From Anthoceros angustus (taxonomy: Eukaryota; Plantae; Anthocerotophyta), in assembly GCA_010909165.1 (NCBI GenBank), contig VJWM01000025.1:558001-622000 (forward strand): a stretch of 64,000 bases of DNA, in the 5' to 3' direction. Positions 60,819 to 64,000 of this stretch are shown here, piece by piece. The number at the start of each line of letters is the position of its first letter. Positions within the stretch are counted from its first letter, which is position 1. The position numbers were made by a program, and so were the translations under genes. The notes beneath the pieces were generated by a model. That model was not told the DNA's origin and searched no databases. It saw nothing but the letters and a program-made list of their open reading frames with translations.

Positions 60819-62050
60819 TGCTGTTTGCCTGCGATTCGATTTCTTCGATTTGATCGTGTAGCGTGCCGGTCCCCTCTCAATCGAAGGGCATGAGCCGGAA
60901 GGGGAGCCTGAGGGTGTTTGAAGAGCCGATGGATCGCCGCAAAGTCGCCGAAAAAAATGGTTTGTGGTGTGTCTGCTGCAGGCTGAAGGGAATGGCCGCG
61001 AGGAGGTGCGGGAGTGGCGGGGGCCGAGGCATGGGCGTGGGCATCTTTGGGGAGCGGGTTGGGAAGGTTAGGACCGGGTAAAAGTCCAGAGCCATCTTCA
61101 TCATCACTTCTAGGTTGGTTGGGGCTCCCACCGTGGTGGATGTCCTCGAGGAAGGTGACGTCAGGGAGTGGGTGACTTTGTGTGTTTGAGGGTGGATAAT
61201 TTTGTAACCTTTGATCCGTCAAGAAAGCCAATGAATGTAAATTTCGTGCCTTGTGATCTAGTTTGGTTCGGATTGCCTTAGGAATGTGGGCATAGACAGG
61301 GGAACCAAAAATCCGAAGTGTAGAGAGATCGGGCTTGTGACCTGTCCAGGCTTCATAGGGAGTGCCAGCAGAGAGAGAAGAGGTTGTGGTGCGATTGCCG
61401 ATGTAGACGGCATGCTGCATTGCCTCTGGCCAATAGGTTTTAGGAAGCTGGGCATGAATTAGCATTGCCAAACCACAGTTCTGGATGGTCCGATTCATTC
61501 TTTCTGCAACCCCATTTTGTTGGGATGTGTAAGGAGTGGTAATTTGACGGTTGATACCATGTTCCTTGCAGAAGTGGGTGAATTGAGTAGAGCTATATTC
61601 TCCACCGCTGTCAGATCTAAGGCATAATAAGGTATCGCCTGTTTGCTTTTCTGACCAGGTCTTGTATTCCTTGAAGCATGGAAATGCTTGGGCCTTGGTC
61701 TTCAGTATATATATGACGGTAAAGCGAGTGAAATCATCGATAATAAGCATGAAGTAGGTATAACCAAAGAGTGATTTATTGAAAGGCCCGGATGTCGAGT
61801 GTACTAGTTGAAGGCGCTTGGTAGCTCTTGTGTTGGATGCCTTAGGAAGGTGAGCGATGGCTTTTGCCGAGGGAACAGCTTCACAAGCACCAAGTCCTCA
61901 ATTCGTGAGAGTAATGCCATGGGCTGCTTGTGTGTTGATCATCTCCTTCATTCTCTGCAAATGCATATGCCCAAGCGTGCCAAAGGAAGGTCGATTTTGT
62001 TTCTCTGTACTGCTGTTAGAGAGGAAGGTGACTAACCCTTAGATGATATA
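60722..62050 (-). pseudogene. pol: Copia GAG-pre-integrase and integrase (rve)
   Basis: ORF 60722-61750: IIDDFTRFTVIY, LRSDSGGEY, TPYTSQQNGVAERMNRT, WPEAMQHAVYIGNR, PYEAWTGHKPDLSTLRIFGS. Confidence 0.92.
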
Positions 62051-64000
62051 GGTCATCATTTTAAGATCACCGGTGGCAATTAGATCGCCTTGAGGGGTTT
62101 CAATGATGTACATTGCCAAAACAAACATAACATCCTGCTTGATCAACTTTTGACGGAAAAGAGGTTTTTGTTAGTCCAGAACTAAGAGGACATCCGAAAT
62201 CTGCGGTGGAGTGTGGTTACTGCGAGAGCAATGGAGCCATGGCTGTAATATGATGTTTGGTGTTATCTCCAAGGCTGACAAAGTTGGGTTGTGCTGTAGG
62301 TGTAACTTTGGTAAAATACTCCCTATGGGGGTCATGTCTTTGAGGCTCCGAATCAATATACAGCGTGTTCGCCTTGGTGATAAGCAAGAGGCTACTAGTG
62401 CTAATGGTGTGCTAGTGCCCGGAGGATTGTGGCTAATTTGGGCAAGGAAAGCTTTAGTGTGTTTCGCATTGTTAGGGCCAATGGGCGGGGCTAGCTGTCT
62501 ATGGGAATTGGAGGATGCTAACACTTGGCATTCTTCATAGATGTGGCGGTATTTTGCGGTACCATACGGGCTTCCAAGCGGTTGTAGATCCCTCCGCCAC
62601 GGTTGAGTAAGTGCCACGTCCTCTGTTGATGCCTCTCATGTTTCCTCTGAAGTGTCCTCGTCCGCGCCTCTGTCTCCCTCGGCTGTGAAAGCGGAGGATG
62701 GCTCTCCGGCATGAGCAAAACTTTCCGCGTCCTTTTGATGGCATTGCTGATAACTTTGTTGATTAGAGGTTTGATGCCTTGGAGGCTTTGTCGACGCTCA
62801 CCCATGATTCGTAATGTGGATAGCGTGATTGCTTCTAGGAGCTCCTCGGGATATTGAATCCAAGAGCACGGAATTTAATGATCCACGGAAAACCATGGCA
62901 TGGTGATCAACATGGTCACCTTCGGACATTCAAGGTGAGGTAGCTTTTGATTGTATGTATAGTATGCATGATATCATGGGCGTCATATATCTCATGGAGC
63001 CGGGTCCATGCTTAATTCTTGTGTGTTGATCATCTCCTTCATTCTCTGCAAATGCATATGCCCAAGCCGGGCGTACAAAGGAAGGTCCGATTTTGTTTCT
63101 CTATGTCGTTAGAGAGGAAGGGTGACTAACCCTTAGATGATATAGGTCATCATTTTAAGATCACCGGTGGCAATTAGATCGCCTTGAGGGGTTTCAATGA
63201 CGCATGGCCATTGCCAAAACAAACATAACATCCGCTTGATCAACTTTTCGAAAAAGAGGTTTTTGTTAGTCCAGAACTAAGAGGACATCGAAATCTGCGG
63301 TGGAGTGTGGTTGCACATCGAGAGCAATGGAGCCATGGCTGTAATATGATGTTTGGTGTTATCTCCAAGGTGACAAAGTTGGTTGTCTTTGTAGGTGTAA
63401 CTTTGGTAAAATATTCCCTATGGGGGTCATGTCGAGGCTCCGAATCAATATACAGCGTGTTCGCCTTGGGTAAGCAAGAGGCTACTAGTGCTAATGGTGT
63501 GCTAGTGCCCGGAGGATTGTGGCTAATTTGGGCAAGGAAAGCTTTAGTGTGACATGGTTAGGGCCAATGGGCGCGTCTATGGAATTGGAGGATGCTAACC
63601 GCCATGCATTCATAGATGTGGCGGTATTTTGGACCCGACACGGGCTTCCAAGCGGTTGTAGATCCCTCCGCCACGGTTGAGTAAGTGCCACGTCCTGATG
63701 CCTCTCATGTTTCCTCAAGTGTCTCGTCGCGCGCCTCTGTCTCCCTCGGAAGAAAGCGCCGGAGGATGGCTCGATGAGCAAAACTTTCCGCGTCCTTTTG
63801 AAGCATTGCTGATAACTTTGTTGATTAGAGGTTTGATGCCTTGGAGGCTTTGTACGACGCTCACCCATGATTCGTAATGTGGATAGCGTGATTGCTTCTA
63901 GGAGCTCCTCGGGATATTGAATCCAAGAGCCTGAATTTAACTTCCACTGGAAAACCATGGCATGGTGGTCAACATGGTCACCTTCGGACATTCGGCCGAG
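61927..64000 (-). repeat. gag: Tandem duplication (~1.09 kb period) of the copia gag/protease/pre-integrase segment
   Basis: cttgtgtgttgatcatctccttc at 61927 and 63018; duplicated UBN2-type gag text YPEELLEAITLSTLRIMGERR. Confidence 0.9.

Larger units (their letters stand above)
55067..64000 (-). mobile_element. Ty1/copia LTR retrotransposon with internal tandem duplications; continues beyond the window
   Basis: Order on the minus strand: gag, degenerate protease (ILIRSLKDMTP), GAG-pre-integrase (LGHMHLQRMKEM), integrase, RT, RNase H, PPT aagtgggag, LTR starting TGTTGAAG. Confidence 0.95.

Overview
Eukaryotic (land-plant, probably seed-free lineage) nuclear DNA made of repeats and transposons. 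The sequence is noisy, with many 1-bp homopolymer indels, so genes appear as frameshifted ORF pieces and gene coordinates are approximate. The core (11024-52225) is a head-to-tail array of a ~10.7 kb unit: three full copies, one truncated copy and one partial copy. On the minus strand each full unit carries an intronless PLS-class E/E+ PPR gene (no DYW seen), an unassigned ORF, an intronless F-box gene, a ~230 bp LTR and a Ty3/gypsy gag remnant. The last PPR copy is split by a 2.18 kb TIR element with an apparent 4-bp target duplication and then cut by a minus-strand Ty1/copia element whose RT region is present three times and whose gag region is present twice. Left of the array are a 5'-truncated plus-strand copia (RT-RNase H, PPT, LTR) and an unassigned degenerate ORF region with a 1.15 kb tandem duplication. 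Four duplication junctions show 3-6 bp microhomology. No rRNA, tRNA or CRISPR features were seen.
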